Shown in pieces: positions 12,796-26,410 of a stretch of 64,000 nucleotides of DNA. Source of the DNA: Octopus sinensis (taxonomy: Eukaryota); the NCBI RefSeq assembly GCF_006345805.1, contig NC_043001.1, positions 119,536,001 through 119,600,000 on the forward strand, given 5' to 3'. Positions within the stretch are counted from its first letter, which is position 1. Each line of letters starts with the position of its first letter. The translations under genes were made by a program, and so were the position numbers. The notes below the pieces were generated by a model, which ran no database searches, was not told the origin of the DNA, and worked only from the letters and a program-made list of their open reading frames with translations.

Positions 12796-13364
12796 TCGTT
12801 TATGCTATTGTTGTCACGTCATATATTCGAGCGTTACGCTTTTAACAACTTTAATTATGCAACGAAATATAAATCTTTAACGAATTGGAACAAGTAACAC
12901 GCTTCAAACAAACCCAACTATTGAAAGAAATCGATGATATAACCAAAATATTTTGCATAATGAAACAAATTCAAGTATTAAGCATTGACTACCTTAATTG
13001 AAGACAGAATTGATAGCACTAAGCAAAACAATGTTATCATGATTTCCAAACTTATGTATCAAAAAAGAGACAATAACATTGATAAAACGTGGAATTTCTA
13101 TTGGTCTCACTTGATTATTTAAAAAATGTCCCTTTCTGTCTTGTACGCTTTTACTCTATCCGCTACTTCTTCTGAGACTCTTGATGTTGTTACTGCTGGC
13201 GACAGGAACAAGCATAAGGAATAAGATGTTTCTTTACTATTGTTTTACTTATCAGATATTGGATAATGTTAAAAAAGCTATACTGTTTGAAACCTTGGTT
13301 TTGGGTTTGTTTTTGTCCCACAATCTGTTTTCCTAAGTTGTTGTCGGTGTTGCCGTCTGTAGTA

Positions 13365-13387
13365 GTTGTAGCAGCAGCAGCAGTAGC

Positions 13388-13444
<57 letters not shown>
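13365..13444. repeat. (GCA)n/(GTA)n microsatellite
   Basis: Read directly. Confidence 0.95.
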
Positions 13445-13449
13445 TTGAT

Positions 13450-14300
13450 GGATGAACTTGTAGAATCGGATACTCGTGTTGGCATTTAATGTTGAACAAC
13501 AATTTAGATGCGTCCTTTGTTCTAAGTTTAAATGTCATCAAGTTTCTTTAAAAATAAGTAGTCTGGTATTGGTAAAATAAGTGTCAGTCATCGACTGATT
13601 GGTCGATTCTCTCATACGTCTCCAAAACAAGTCGGTGCATATATTATCAATATGTATTGGCAAAATCATTAAAGTATCGGCATTTAGTCGCAGTACTTTA
13701 TATTCTCAGTTCCAGCCATGGTAGTCCTCCCAAGCAAATATTAGGGTGTATATAATCGATTGGTCCTCCCCACAAAGTTTCTGACTTTGCGCTGTGATTA
13801 TTATTGCAGGTTTTAATTCATGTTTTGTAAACGCTATCAAGTTCATTTCCCTCTTTCTGCGGTGTGTACGACATTGGTTTGTCGTCAGTAAATGGATTGC
13901 CATTGGTCTACTGGACTCTGTTTATATTATTTGAGCTATATACAAAGTTGATTTTGAATGTTGCGTAGTTTCACGTAAAATATATCCTGTGTACAAATTG
14001 GTGAAACGATCCCATACGGAATGTGGGAGTTTGCTTTTTAAGATATCTTTGTGGCTTTTTCAAATTAGGAAAAGCAGCGCCTGCGACCTTTACAGGTTCT
14101 TCAGAACTGGTTGGATGAAATCGATGGAGATACCACAGTTGGAGAGTTGCTGAAATAAGAGACAAATTATGAAGATACAAATTTATTTTCAGGTTGGAAA
14201 TACCATTGTACCGAGTACTGCTGATTTCGGTATGTTTCCAATATTGTGATCCCCTGATCTTGTTACAACTGATAAATTTGTTCACATCACTCGTTATACC
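13450..14300 (-). mobile_element. Possible highly decayed LINE reverse transcriptase remnant (RTE-like)
   Basis: Minus-strand reading gives QLSNCGISIDFIQ, then GIVSP, then FTDD (13881-13892), in the order expected for RT motifs, but with many stops and frameshifts. Weak. Confidence 0.3.
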
Positions 14301-16324
14301 GATATTGCTAATATTGGTTTCAAATTTTGTCATAAAGCCAGATCGATATTGATAATATTGAAAAACAGAGTGCCTAACTAAACGTTTTTCAGACTTTAGT
14401 TACAACTTTTCCCATTGTGAATTCAAATTACTCCAGGTCCGAGTTTGGTTTACGCCTTTTCAGTATAAATAAAACCGATACTAGGCATATAAAGTTTATA
14501 TACCCACTTTCATTAATGCCTGGCCTTGATCCAAACTTAGAAACCGTCGTTAATGTGATCAACATTAATTACTACGCTTCCATTCACCATAATTTTATTG
14601 TAATTTAAAATCCTTTCTATTTCTCTACCTCCGCATTAGATAATGATTACTATTGCGGTTGCGGGAGGACTGAGAAAATACGCCACATTGTTGCTGCTTT
14701 AGGAAGCAGCAGATTAAGATATCGGGTTAATCTCAGGTCGCAGCACTCATCCAGTGCTTGCGATAGCAAAGACGCCACTAAACACACCTAACAAATAAGT
14801 AATAGTGTTTATTGAAGTAGGCAATGATTAGAGAGCTACCAAGCAAGGCAGAAATATCTGTAGCAGTAAATATGCTTTCTGTTCTGTCTGACTTACTTCG
14901 ATTTCTGTATCAGGTTATAACCCAGAATAATATAGGTATATAGTTTGGCGTTTATGACATACATTTTATGAACTGCAAGTACTAGTATATTGCCCAATAT
15001 ATATTTTTTTTTCTGCGTGTATGTGCGAGCACGTACGTGTGTGCGTGTGTAACAATTTAACAATATTCAATTCTTTTCTAGAACTAGCAAACAATCAAGT
15101 ATAAGATGTTCTACTCTCTATTGATATTGACTCCCTACTCTAGAATTAGTTTCCGGTTTTGTGATTTTGATTTGAAGTTCATAGTCGCCGGACATTGAAT
15201 CTGTGCAGGAAAAATCAGGCTTTCTATTTCTGCTTTTAGTCCAAAGCTTTTTAGATGTTGTTGTCCTTTTGTTCTGCTTCTTTTTAACTTTTTTGTGTTA
15301 GGTTACTTTTTATCTGTCTATTCTTGTCGGACACTGAGCATGGAAAGAGCTTTCATTCTAATTTTTCTTCTTTTAGGATCCCTATTTGATTTCATTTGCT
15401 TCTTTTAATTTTTCTTCTTTCTTTTTTTTGTTATTGAATTTTCTCAATGTACTCAATTGTTTTATGTTTGTTTCCTACTTCTATTTTGTTTCGAATTGTT
15501 TAAAGAGATGTCTGTTTTCTTAATTTTTTATTTTTATATTTCCCTCTTGTTCTAATAACGCAATCTTTGTTCTTTTCTGAGTATGTCTATGGGTTCAAAG
15601 TAGTTATTTTAGAATAATTCTCTATTTGTACAATATCCCTTCTTACCTCTTTGGTTGCTAAGTATATTCCATCAGTAAATATAGTAAATAAGACACTTGG
15701 GAATACAGACAGTGGCTTTCTAACTTTTCATATTCGAATTGCTCAAATCACGTAGCTTCTAGTATATCATGTTGTAATTTAATAACTAAGGTACTAACTC
15801 ATATATATATCATTATTATTGTTGTTTTCTTTCTTATATTCGTCTCGGTAATTACTGCTTGTTTAACAGTCCTGTGCTTCTATTTACTAATTTTCTCTTT
15901 TATTTCCATCTGTTTCATCTAATTCTTGGAATTTGGGTTTCTATATTCAAGCTTTTATGTTGTTCATTCATCAATTTTTGTTGTTTTTGTGGGTAATTTT
16001 GGCAAATGTTCAAGTCCCTTATACATACATACATACATACATATATACATACATACATACATACATACATACACACACATATATGTTTATATATATCAAT
16101 ATACATATATATATATATGCACCTATATGTACATATATTCTTACATTTATATATACATATGTAATCGTATATATGTATATACACACGTGTGCGCGTGTGT
16201 GTGTGCGCGCGTGTCTGGTTGTTTGCTTGCTTGTCTTCCAGCTGTTTGTTATCAATATAAATCAATAATATTGATGAGTGGAATCAATATTATTAATGAT
16301 AGTAATCAATATTATAGAAGTCAA

Positions 16325-16530
16325 TGGAGTGAGAGAACGAGAAAAACATCGGACCAATCAGTATTCATTTACTAAGTTCTGATTTCAAATCCCGTCGAGG
16401 CATACTTTGCCTTTCATCCTTCCGGAGTCGATAAAATACAAAACAGACAAGATGAGTTAATAGACTACTCTTTGTCCACAAATATATGGCTTTATTCCAA
16501 TGATATAAATCATCAGCATCATTACCATAT
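16325..16530 (+). mobile_element. SINE-A copy (diverged)
   Basis: GATTTCAAATCCCGTCGAGGCATACTTTGCCTTTCATCCTTCCGGAGTCGATAAAATA. Confidence 0.7.
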
Positions 16531-16569
16531 ATCATTATTACTATTATTATTTTGTTTTTGTTGTTGTTC

Positions 16570-18395
16570 ATGGTGTGCACGAATGTTTTACATTCGGAAT
16601 GAATGTCCTTGATACCGGTCACAACCAGTTTCCTTAGATATCAAAGACCTTTCTTACAGTCCTTGCTGTTCGCAATAGAGCAGGTTTCTGAATTGATGCA
16701 GCTCTTGTAGTTACACCGGTCTCAATGAAGGAACAGTTAATTCTGTTGGTGACGGTACCTAGGATACCTATAACGACTGGGATTACTTTTGTAGAAACCC
16801 TCCACAGTCGTCATATATATCCAGTCAAATCCTGGTATTTTCCTGTTTTCTCTTGTTCTTTGGCTCCTACATTCATGTCTGCAGACATAGCCAAATATAT
16901 GACGATGCACTGTACATTAAAATGCCATAAAACCTTATACTGGTCATTCTCTATTACACTTTCTGTTTTATGTTGGTACTATTTTCTTCCTATTTTAAAT
17001 CCTTTTTGCCGTAATAATGTCCAGTGTAGTGCTTTGACCGCACATTCTTATCTGCGCCTATTTTCCTTTCGCGTCAAACGACTACAGAAACTACTTAACG
17101 GGTTTCTCCTCCTCATTACTGCCTCTGAACTTTGAACTCTTTGCAGATTTGTTTATTTTTGCTTTAATAATACTCGTCCGCAATGATTGGCTTTGAGCAG
17201 CCATTATGAGTCCTTCTGTTTGTTGTTTAAGGTCTCCATACTTCAGCCATAACCAAAATTCCTCTGCTGCGACATCCTGCGTTTGCCTGAGATGTTGGCC
17301 ATGTAATACTTTTCCCCAGATGTTTCTTTCTCACTCCTGTTGTCTTCTTTTCTTGTGTTTCCTTGTCGTCTCCACAGCTTCTTTCTCTTCTCCTCTAGCA
17401 GCTGAAATCAGTCTTTCTGAGTTGCTTCTTGCATACTTTGCCATCACTACATTCTTCTATTGCTATCATTCCTCTCGCTCCCACTCCTTCTGTGGTAGGT
17501 GTAACTGTCTCTGGCATGTGGTGACCAGTACATGAACATTGTCTTTCTGGTTTTACAATCTACGCCTCTTAGCTCTGCCTTTTTCCAGTTCAGAAAAGCA
17601 ACAGAATATCGTATCAGAGAGACCGCCCAAGTGTTTACTGCTTTTTCCTTCATTCAGTTTTGAGCTTAACACATTGTCTAACCTCCCGAGATATTAGTTT
17701 ATCCTTTTGTCTTTCATTTCTTGACAGACGATTCTATCTGCCTCCAATATACCCAGGTACTTGTAACTGTCACCCTCACTCATTGCACAGATTGATGTCA
17801 CATTTGGGAATTTAATCACTTCTGATTTGGATGTTTTTCCTCTCTTTATCACTAGAAGTGCACTCTTATCTATTCAAAACTTCATGTCAGTACCATCATT
17901 CACAACACTAGCAATCTGAACCCGTGAATCTAATGCTTTCCTAATTCCACCAAACAATTTCAGGTTGTCGATAGACAGAGAATGGTTTATGTTCATTCTA
18001 AGTTGGTAGCATGATTTAGCCTCTTTCAAGATTAATGTAAGAGAGATAAGAGCAACTACGAATAACAGTGGTGAGAGTGTATCACACTGGAATATTTCTC
18101 TATTTATGCTGACTTCATCTGACTTATCTTGACCTGATGTTAGTACACGTCTCCATTTTTGGCATACTATTTTGTAAGAGCTGGACAACGTTCTCAGCTA
18201 TCTTGAATATATTAAGGAGCTCTAGGATCCGTGAGTGTGGCACACTGTATCATACATTTTGGTAATCAGTCTATGCGCTGATAAGTTTTTCTTCCTGCTT
18301 TTGACGTTTCGGAGGACTTGCTGATTTATATATACGTTGTTTATCCCTTAGGAACTTTTTTACACCCTTTCTGCAATATACATATATGCATACAC

Positions 18396-18443
<48 letters not shown>

Positions 18444-19260
18444 ATGTATGTATATATACCTACCTACATACATTCATACATACATATATATACATATGTT
18501 CTGGTTCCCCGTGCACAGTTAAGGGTCACATGATGCGTGGTATCATCATCATCATCATCATCATCATATATATACATATCAACGCCATCCTGCCTCTAAC
18601 AACCACTCGGGAACATCTTCTGTTTCAATAAAACTATTTTGTTGTGTGCTTATTCTCTCATGACGTTTAATAATTCGTTTTAGGCACAATCCCTGGACCA
18701 AATCTTCTCCAGAAGATTCCTAGTTTGTCATCTGTTTCAAAACATTTTGCAAAACTATTTTCCCTGTGATCTCTCTATGTTTCTCTGTTTTGGAAAATCT
18801 AAGTTATTTTGCTTTTATCTTTTTTAACCATTGTGCATCGCCATTGTGTTTCACTTCGTGGCTCCAAGCGTTTCTCCGGAATCCCTTTGTCTCTTCCTTA
18901 TAAGGCAGTACGTTCACTGTAACATCTTCATTTAGTTCCCTTGTAAAATCTTCTTTGATCTGTTCCGAACAACTTATTTTGTCTAAACTGTTCAATTCTG
19001 TCATAGTATCTTTTGATTTTGGCAGCTTTCACATTTATCCTTCGCTTTAATCCTTCCATTACTCTCCTATGTCCCTTATGTTTCCAGCTGGTACTTTCTT
19101 TAGATTGCTTCAAGGAATCTAGCTTTCATCTTATTCCCATTGCTAAGAAACTGTAGCCTCTCAAGATCTCCTCGCAATTGATCTACCTACAACCAGCTCT
19201 TCATCGGAAAAGTTATGTTCTGGTTCCCCGTGCACAGTTAAGGGTCGCATGATGTGTGGT
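16570..19260 (-). mobile_element. R4/Dong-like retrotransposon, copy D (about 2.7 kb, decayed, interrupted at about 18379-18575)
   Basis: Pre-RT KAAKIKRYYDRIEQFRQNKLFGTDQRRFY (18928-19113); VPHSRILELL near 18200-18240; IFQCDTLSPLLFVVAL...NHSLSIDNLKLFG (17874-18188); AVNTWAVSLIRYS (17447-17653); C-terminal ALLRTARTVRKVFDI near 16640-16700; (AAT/GAT)-rich tail at about 16525-16570. Confidence 0.85.
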
Positions 19261-19302
<42 letters not shown>

Positions 19303-19356
19303 GTCATCATCAACATCATCATCATCATCATCATCAACATCATCATCATCATCATC

Positions 19357-19394
<38 letters not shown>

Positions 19395-19441
19395 GATTAT
19401 TATTATTATTATTACTATTATTATTATTATTATTATTATTT
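19261..19441. repeat. (ATC)n to (ATT)n array separating two head-to-tail R4/Dong pieces
   Basis: Read directly. Confidence 0.95.
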
Positions 19442-19850
19442 ATTGTCTTTGCACAACTTCTAATACTGGAGATGTACTACGGTGTCAGCTGTTCACTACC
19501 AGTGAACTAAGGTAACATGCCTTATTTTTCGAGCACCATCCGGAGTAATCGAGCGGTTCCAAGCAGTGCCGTTTTCTGCAGGTGCTCCACCCTTATAGCA
19601 TCCCCTATTTGTTCCATGTACTTCTCAAGATTTTTACTCATTGTTCTCAGAGCTCCGATAAATTATTGGTACGACTACCAACTTTTTCATTGACCACAAC
19701 TGCTTAATCTCCCACGCTGACCTGTCATGTCTATCGACTTTTCTTTCTTCCTTATCGCATAACTTGTTGTCAGCTGGGCATGCTATATCTATGATCTGGC
19801 ATCGTTTGCTTTCTTTCTCAATTAAAACTGTCTGGCTTTTTATTTAGTCC
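19442..19850 (-). mobile_element. R4/Dong-like 3' fragment (another lineage), endonuclease plus 3'UTR
   Basis: Minus-strand reading CQIIDIACPADNKL...WEIKQLWSMKKLVVVP...EHLQKTALLGTARLLRMVLEK stop, then a short 3'UTR into (AAT)n. Confidence 0.85.
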
Positions 19851-19884
19851 TCTTCCCCCTCTTTCCTGGTACATACAGTCTGTC

Positions 19885-20190
19885 TGTGTCACTTTTTCGG
19901 TGGAGTATCAAATATCTAGTAATCGATGTAATTGACTAGCATCCTTCCCCAAGTTTCAGGCCTTGTTGTGCCTACAGTAGAAAGAATTATTAGTTAACAG
20001 AATCGTCAGAGCAATGGACAAAATGCTTAGCGTCATTTGTTCCGGCTGCTTACGATCTGACTTCAAACTCTCCCGTAATCGACTTTGCATCTCATCCTTT
20101 TCGATGGACAGAATAGGTACCAGCCGATACAATCGACTATCATCCAGCCCCAAAATTGTTAGACATATGCTGAAATTTGAAACGATTATT
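19885..20190 (+). mobile_element. Tandem SINE-A pieces (3' half at about 19885-19995, near-full copy at about 19996-20190)
   Basis: GGCCTTGT-GCCTACAGTAGAAAGAATTATT end; CAGAATCGTCAGAGCAATGGACAAAATGCTTAGCG head; AAATTTGAAACGATTATT end. Confidence 0.65.
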
Positions 20191-20324
20191 CTTTCTGCTA
20201 CCCAAGTTACTCTAAGCGGATTTATTGGGTATTTGATTGGATATTTCATTACCTTATTTTAATTCTATGTTTTTACTATATTCTTTTTCTTGCTGACTTT
20301 ATTTTGATTGATGTAAACCAATTG

Positions 20325-20363
<39 letters not shown>

Positions 20364-20864
20364 TTACTCCTTTCATATTCTTTTCAATATCTTGGGCCTT
20401 TTCAATATCTTGGCTGCAAGGAGGCGAATTGATGGAATCTTTAGCGCGTCGAACAAAATGCTTGGAGGCACTTCTTCCAGCCCATTACGTTCTGTCTAAG
20501 ATCGCATACGTATGATTTCAACCCGAAGAGGAATACTTGATTTGGATTCCACACCGGGCTCATTTGCTCATAAATGAATATTCGTCCCTAGCAATTAGTA
20601 TAATGGAAGGTCTCGATGCGTTTTTACTTCTCATCAGACGCTTAATTCCTCTTCCTAAACTATCAAGAATTCGATGGTGGCGCAAAGAATTACAAGCAGT
20701 CAGTGAATATTATCTTTGTTATTTATTTCTTTTATTAGCAGTTTACATAATAACCTACCAACAAAGGTTGGTCGATAAATTATATACGAATCGGGTGACT
20801 GGGTTAAAACCAAAGAAAATTACTGACAAATCAGGAAAGGAAAATAAGGAAATAAATGTAATGA

Positions 20865-21094
20865 TTGGGCATCTTGCGTGTATATGTATGTATGTATGCA
20901 TGCATGTATGTATGTATGTATGTGTGTGTGTATGTATGTATGCATGTATGTATGTATGTATGTATGCATGTATGTCTGTGTATGTATGTATGTATGTATG
21001 TATATGTGTGTGTAAGTACGTACATACATGCATATATTTTTTTATATTTTACTTATTTCAATATTTAGACTGCAGCCATGGTGGGACACCGCCT

Positions 21095-21175
<81 letters not shown>
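20865..21175. repeat. (TATG)n tract, a minus-strand SINE-B 3' tail fragment (about 21040-21095), then (GATA)n 21096-21175
   Basis: Minus-strand AAGGCGGTGTCCCACCATGGCTGCAGTC matches the SINE-B 3' end. Confidence 0.8.
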
Positions 21176-21765
21176 GCATGTATGCATGCATACATACATG
21201 CAAGAAGCATAGATGCATACAAATCCATAACACACATATACGTACATGCATATACATGCTTGTTATATACACACACACTTATGCACGCGCACACACACAA
21301 ATACACAAACGCACATCGCGCACGCGCATGCACACATACACACACACACACACTCACACACATACACACATCTAGCGTTTTCTTATAACCAGGTCCACTT
21401 AAAATGTATTGGGCGACACAAAGCAAAAGCTATGGAATATGACACTTGCTCCAACATGCCGCTGTCAAAAAGAACTCGAGATTAACTCATCTTGGGCAGC
21501 GCAGATGCACACCCACAGAGAGGCGCGCACACACATACACACACTTATACATATATACAGAATATATCTAGCAGGGTTAATAGTGAGGAGTAGAAATACA
21601 TATATTTGGAGAAGGAATTCCATCGCTTGGTTTTGTTAGCTCTGCTATAACCCTGGCACCAATGAATCTCCTTCCTCAACACGTGAATTCCTGAATATAT
21701 AATTGCTTCACTGTCGATACGGACGATAAAAATGTCAAATACGTATTTCCTCTATAATGACCAGC

Positions 21766-21835
21766 AGCCAATAAGAATCTAGTTTATGAACCTGGTGGAC
21801 TAATAGCGCTGTAATATCGAAGCTGTATATAAAAG
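21766..21835 (+). promoter_or_regulatory. Candidate CCAAT plus TATA core promoter
   Basis: AGCCAAT 21766-21772 and TATAAAAG 21828-21835 in non-repetitive DNA with typical spacing; no transcript evidence. Confidence 0.25.
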
Positions 21836-22129
21836 GGGAGTGATCATTAACTGCTGTAAAACAATCGATTTGTAGAAAATGTTGCATTCTTCACGTTGTT
21901 GCACCGATTCAAAAGAAGAATAGGAATGATAAAAAGTAAAATAAATATTTAAAAACAAGAAAATATGAAGCAATTATTTATATAATGTATTGCATAGATT
22001 TCTAGTGAATGTATATATGTAGGTATATATATATATAGGTAATTGTGCTACAGTGGTAATGTATATGTGCGTGCTATGTGATCTTGTGAGTATGTATAAA
22101 CGTAGGTCTAGGTATTTATATATATACAT

Positions 22130-22223
22130 GTATATATTTATGTGAGTGTATTTTGGATATGTATGTATATATATATATATATATATACATGTATATATTT
22201 ATGGAAGTGTATTATGTATGTAT

Positions 22224-22302
<79 letters not shown>

Positions 22303-22570
22303 TATATACATATATATATATGTATTATGTATGTATGTATGTATGTATGTATGTATGTATGTATGTATGTATGTATGTATGTATGTATAAAGTTCATATT
22401 CTGCAAGTCTTGGATTTTTTTCAGTGTTATTGTAGATATCATAGCTGTGTATGTTATAAATCTCTTTGTGTTTACGTTCGTGTATGCGCGTATGCATGTG
22501 AGTGTGTGTGTGTGAGTGTGAGTGTGTGTGTGTGTGTGTGTGTCTGTGTGTGTGTGTGTGTGTATGCATG
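22130..22570. repeat. (TA)n, (TATG)n and (TG)n compound microsatellite
   Basis: Read directly. Confidence 0.95.
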
Positions 22571-23287
22571 CACACGAACAGAGACACACACATAAACACA
22601 TGAGGTAAGCTTATTCATAGTGTCTCTATGCAGTTAATAGAACGACCTACATTCAGTTTTCTTCAAAGAATATATTTCACTTCGCAGCTATTTTTTTCGC
22701 TACCTATTTTTATCTGAATTTTATCTATTATACATTCAACTCAAAGCTAAACGCATTTCAAATATAGTATCAATGATTGTCCCTCACTCACTCACTCTCT
22801 TTCTCTCTCACTCTCTTTGTGTGTGTGTCTCTCTCTCTTTTTCTCTCCCTTTCCTCTCTCGCACTTTCTCTGTGTACACTCGCACAGTGCATACATACAA
22901 TTTTGATTACACACACACGCGCGCGTACACACTCATATACATACATTCATACATACATACATATACATATATGTATAGAATGAGGGACAGTGGAGATACG
23001 AAATATCACGGGGATGTCTCAGATGTTAATATATATGAATATATTAAGTTACAAGATAGACTTCGTTGGACATAGTCTGCTAGCATAGAAGTCACTCCTT
23101 GCAGAGTGCGCCTGGTGACATAACCAAATCATTCGTATTCTTGCTTATGCATTAAAACATTAATGCAACATTGCCAGTAGAATAAGAATGAACAAGAGTT
23201 GTATCCAACCGTTTGCCACGGTAAGAGCAAAACAGAGCAAGGCGGCGATATGGATTAGAGACATGCACCCGAGTTCTTAAATTATAT

Positions 23288-23712
23288 TGGTTTCTAAATT
23301 TGGCACTAGGTCAGTAATTTGTTGTGAGGAGACAAGTCGATTATATTGATCCCTATTTTCAACTGATAGTTATTTTATCAACTCCAGAAAAGACGAAAGG
23401 CAAATCGACCTCGGCGGAGCTCAGAACGTAAGGACGGACAAAATGTCACTAAGCATTTTAACCGGTGTGGTAACAATTCTGCCAGGTCGCCGCCTTACGT
23501 TCTTAAGTCATATTCTTTTCTACTCTAGGCACAGGGCCAAAGTAAGAGGAGGCCCGTCGGTTAGATCCATCCCAGTACGCAACAGGTACTTAATTTATCG
23601 ACCCCGAATGGATGAAAGGCAAAGTCGACCTCGGCGGAATTTGAACTCAGAACGTAGCGGCAGACGAAATCCCGCGAAGCATTTCGCCCGTTGTGCTAAC
23701 GTTTCTGCAACA
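23288..23712 (-). mobile_element. Two tandem SINE-A copies (about 23288-23500 and 23521-23712)
   Basis: Both carry GAAAGGCAAA-TCGACCTCGGCGGA-CTCAGAACGTA on the + strand. The second is close to consensus (ACTTAATTTATCGACCCCGAATGGATGAAAGGCAAAGTCGACCTCGGCGGAATTTGAACTC). Confidence 0.85.
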
Positions 23713-25619
23713 AAGAACCAACACTCTGACATTATAACATCAAAACATAATCTTCGTTTAACGAAAATATACTGACTTTTTACTGATAATATAAAGTGTG
23801 CAATTAGATGGAAGAGGGTAAAATAAGACTTAGGAAACATGTAAAGTATATGATGGTAATCCAATAGAAGTGCACTGTGTGTATAGTGGAATGGCATAGG
23901 CTTTACCTAAATCTGTGACCTCCTGCCTAGCTAGTATTGGATTTAGAAGGATAGCAGATTAGTGATAGATGGTTTGGAGTGGGTAGCAAAACATGCTACA
24001 TTATCGATATGGCAAAGGCATGAGAGAGAAAGACAAAGGTGTGAGTAAATTACAAATCATTGCTGAGGTGTAAAACAAAGTAGATGCAGCAAGTTTATAG
24101 TGGTTGCAGCTGCATGTGGTTTGTAGTGGCTGTTTAGAAAACAGTGAGAAAAAGCGTGCTATGGTGTACAGGTCCAAAAGAACTCGACCATTCACTGACA
24201 ACATCAATGAAACTCAGCATCGCTGTGGGGAGCGATAGCATCAAAAACTACCATAATAGCTGTCATCTTCAGTCGATTGCTTATGAAGAGAGTGTCTGTA
24301 GTAAAAATAGTATGCAATATCTGTCTAGACCTATAATGCTTGCGCGCGGGCGCATAACTAAGAATGAATGTATTTTGTAACATTAAATGTAGGAACCTGC
24401 AGTCAGGTAAATGAAGTGTCTACAGTTTATCGTTCGACTGAGAAATGTTTGACAGGGCAGCACTCTACTCTAAGGAAGCCTTAACCAGGAATAGTTTTAA
24501 TGAGTTAGTGTATAAGATGGTGTATAAGGAAAACTGTAAACCACACAGACGAGAATTAGGAAATGGAAACTAATCCGGTTGGTTTAAACCCATACTCCCC
24601 TAATTAACACATCACTTGAAACTTTCTAATTTTTCAAGGACACTCACACCACTTTCTTGCAACATACATAAATGCCACAAACTCTTCAACTCACATAGTG
24701 TAAAGTTTAGTTATACTTGCCTAGACAAACGACTTCCAGCGTTACATACTACAACCAAACGTCAACATCTGCACAGTCCCTGCTCCGGCAATCCATTTAT
24801 AATAGCTGAGATCAAACCCATTTTCCGCTGAAGAGATATTATCTTATCAAACCCGTAGTTTACAAATGTTAGTATACACAACATTTGCACACTTTATAGT
24901 CCAGGGGCACGATAGATTCCACTCCTGTGGCCCATTTTATTTTGAAATATAGAAACCAAAGACATGACTGCTGCACTACGGCGTGGAACAATGTCGATGT
25001 AGTACATTCATATTTTAACGGATTACGTAACTGCTGAATCCATCGCTTTGAGAGGCTGCATACCGTGAAGCAGCCTGCAGTGTTTCCCGAGAAGAATTCT
25101 GAGGCGATGTCCAATTATTACTAGACTCCTACAATCCCCTTGGGTCAGTTACAACTGTGTAATCAGGAAGATAGTGTAATGGAGAAATGTATAGGGGACA
25201 TTGTGTGTTGCAGTGGCATGTGTCATGAAAGAGGAGAAAAGGGAGAATGCAAGACAAAAGACAGGGATTGGTTATATTTATTGGAAGCTTCAAATAAATG
25301 CAATATACACATATACACTCACACACTATATATAATATATATATATAATGTAAGTTTGTTGGGTGGTGGTGTTTTTATGCAGAAAACTTTTGAGGGTGTG
25401 AGATATGCTGCATACACACTCACACACATACATTTATAATACAAACGCGTACACACAATGTACAGTTTATCAACACTATTATTACCCATTTCCATATAAG
25501 TATAAGCCTGTGCGTTTACTTTTGTGTAAAGGTGCTTTCTTTATAACTTACAACTGCATACAATCAAGCAAATAAATTAGAGATCTTTATAATGTGTATA
25601 CTAACATTTATGCATATTT

Positions 25620-25990
25620 TTGCACACATATATGTACACATTCCCCCACACACGCACGCACACAGACACACACATACATACTTACATATGTACATATACA
25701 CATACATACACACATACATACATATATACATACATACATACATACATACATACATACATACGTACATACATGCATACATACATACATGCATACATACATA
25801 CATACATACATACATACATACATACATACATGCATGCATGCATACATACATACATACATACATACATACATACATACATACATACATGCATACATACATA
25901 CATACATACATACATACATACATACATACATACATACATACATACATACATGCATACATACATACATGCATACATACATACATACATATG
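25620..25990. repeat. Long (CATA)n microsatellite with CATG variants
   Basis: Read directly. Confidence 0.95.
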
Positions 25991-26214
25991 CTTATATATA
26001 AGTCTACAGTCAGGGTCAGCTATGAAATTAAGCTTATGAGGTATTTTTTTTTAGCTTACCCTAAATGCATACTTATTAACCCACCCAATTTATAAACCCA
26101 TATCACAAGCCATATATAGTAGCATCTTTTATGCTACTTTGTTGCAAATTTCTTTAAGAAAACCATTATTTTTCCAAACCATCACCATTATTATAAGAGG
26201 CAATAGCTGACGAT

Positions 26215-26410
26215 GCTTGTATGTAGTCACCCTGCTTGCTAAAGATAACAGCCATATATCTCTCAACGCCTGCTCTATCATCTTAAAATAAGGTAGTGGG
26301 TGCACTTTACATAATTTAGTTTCGGTGTATGCCATGTCTGAAGAAAAGACGGGATGGCCGTGAATGGAATGCCATTTATGGTAAATGTGCTCTACCAGGA
26401 CTGACCATAA
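26215..26410 (-). mobile_element. Interspersed repeat family C (about 200 bp); related pieces at 26640-26735 (-), 30425-30520 (+) and 54286-54482 (+)
   Basis: Shared blocks GGTCAG-CCTG...GCAGACCTA-GATCAAAGGCAT and GAGAGATTT-GCT-CTA-TTCTA-CAGG...GAC seen by eye in up to four places. Class unknown. Confidence 0.5.

Noticed and set aside
15250-15800. Possible APE-endonuclease/linker remnant of an RTE element
   Set aside because: Only a 6-residue resemblance (RDIVQI) in A-rich sequence; unsupported.
24826-24860. CTGAAGA-GATA...TATC-AAAC hammerhead-like string
   Set aside because: Missing the G of GAAA and no stem I pairing.
23820-25160. Stretches with LINE-like feel (23.8-24.1 kb plus strand, 24.7-25.1 kb minus strand)
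   Set aside because: No diagnostic motif could be read with confidence.
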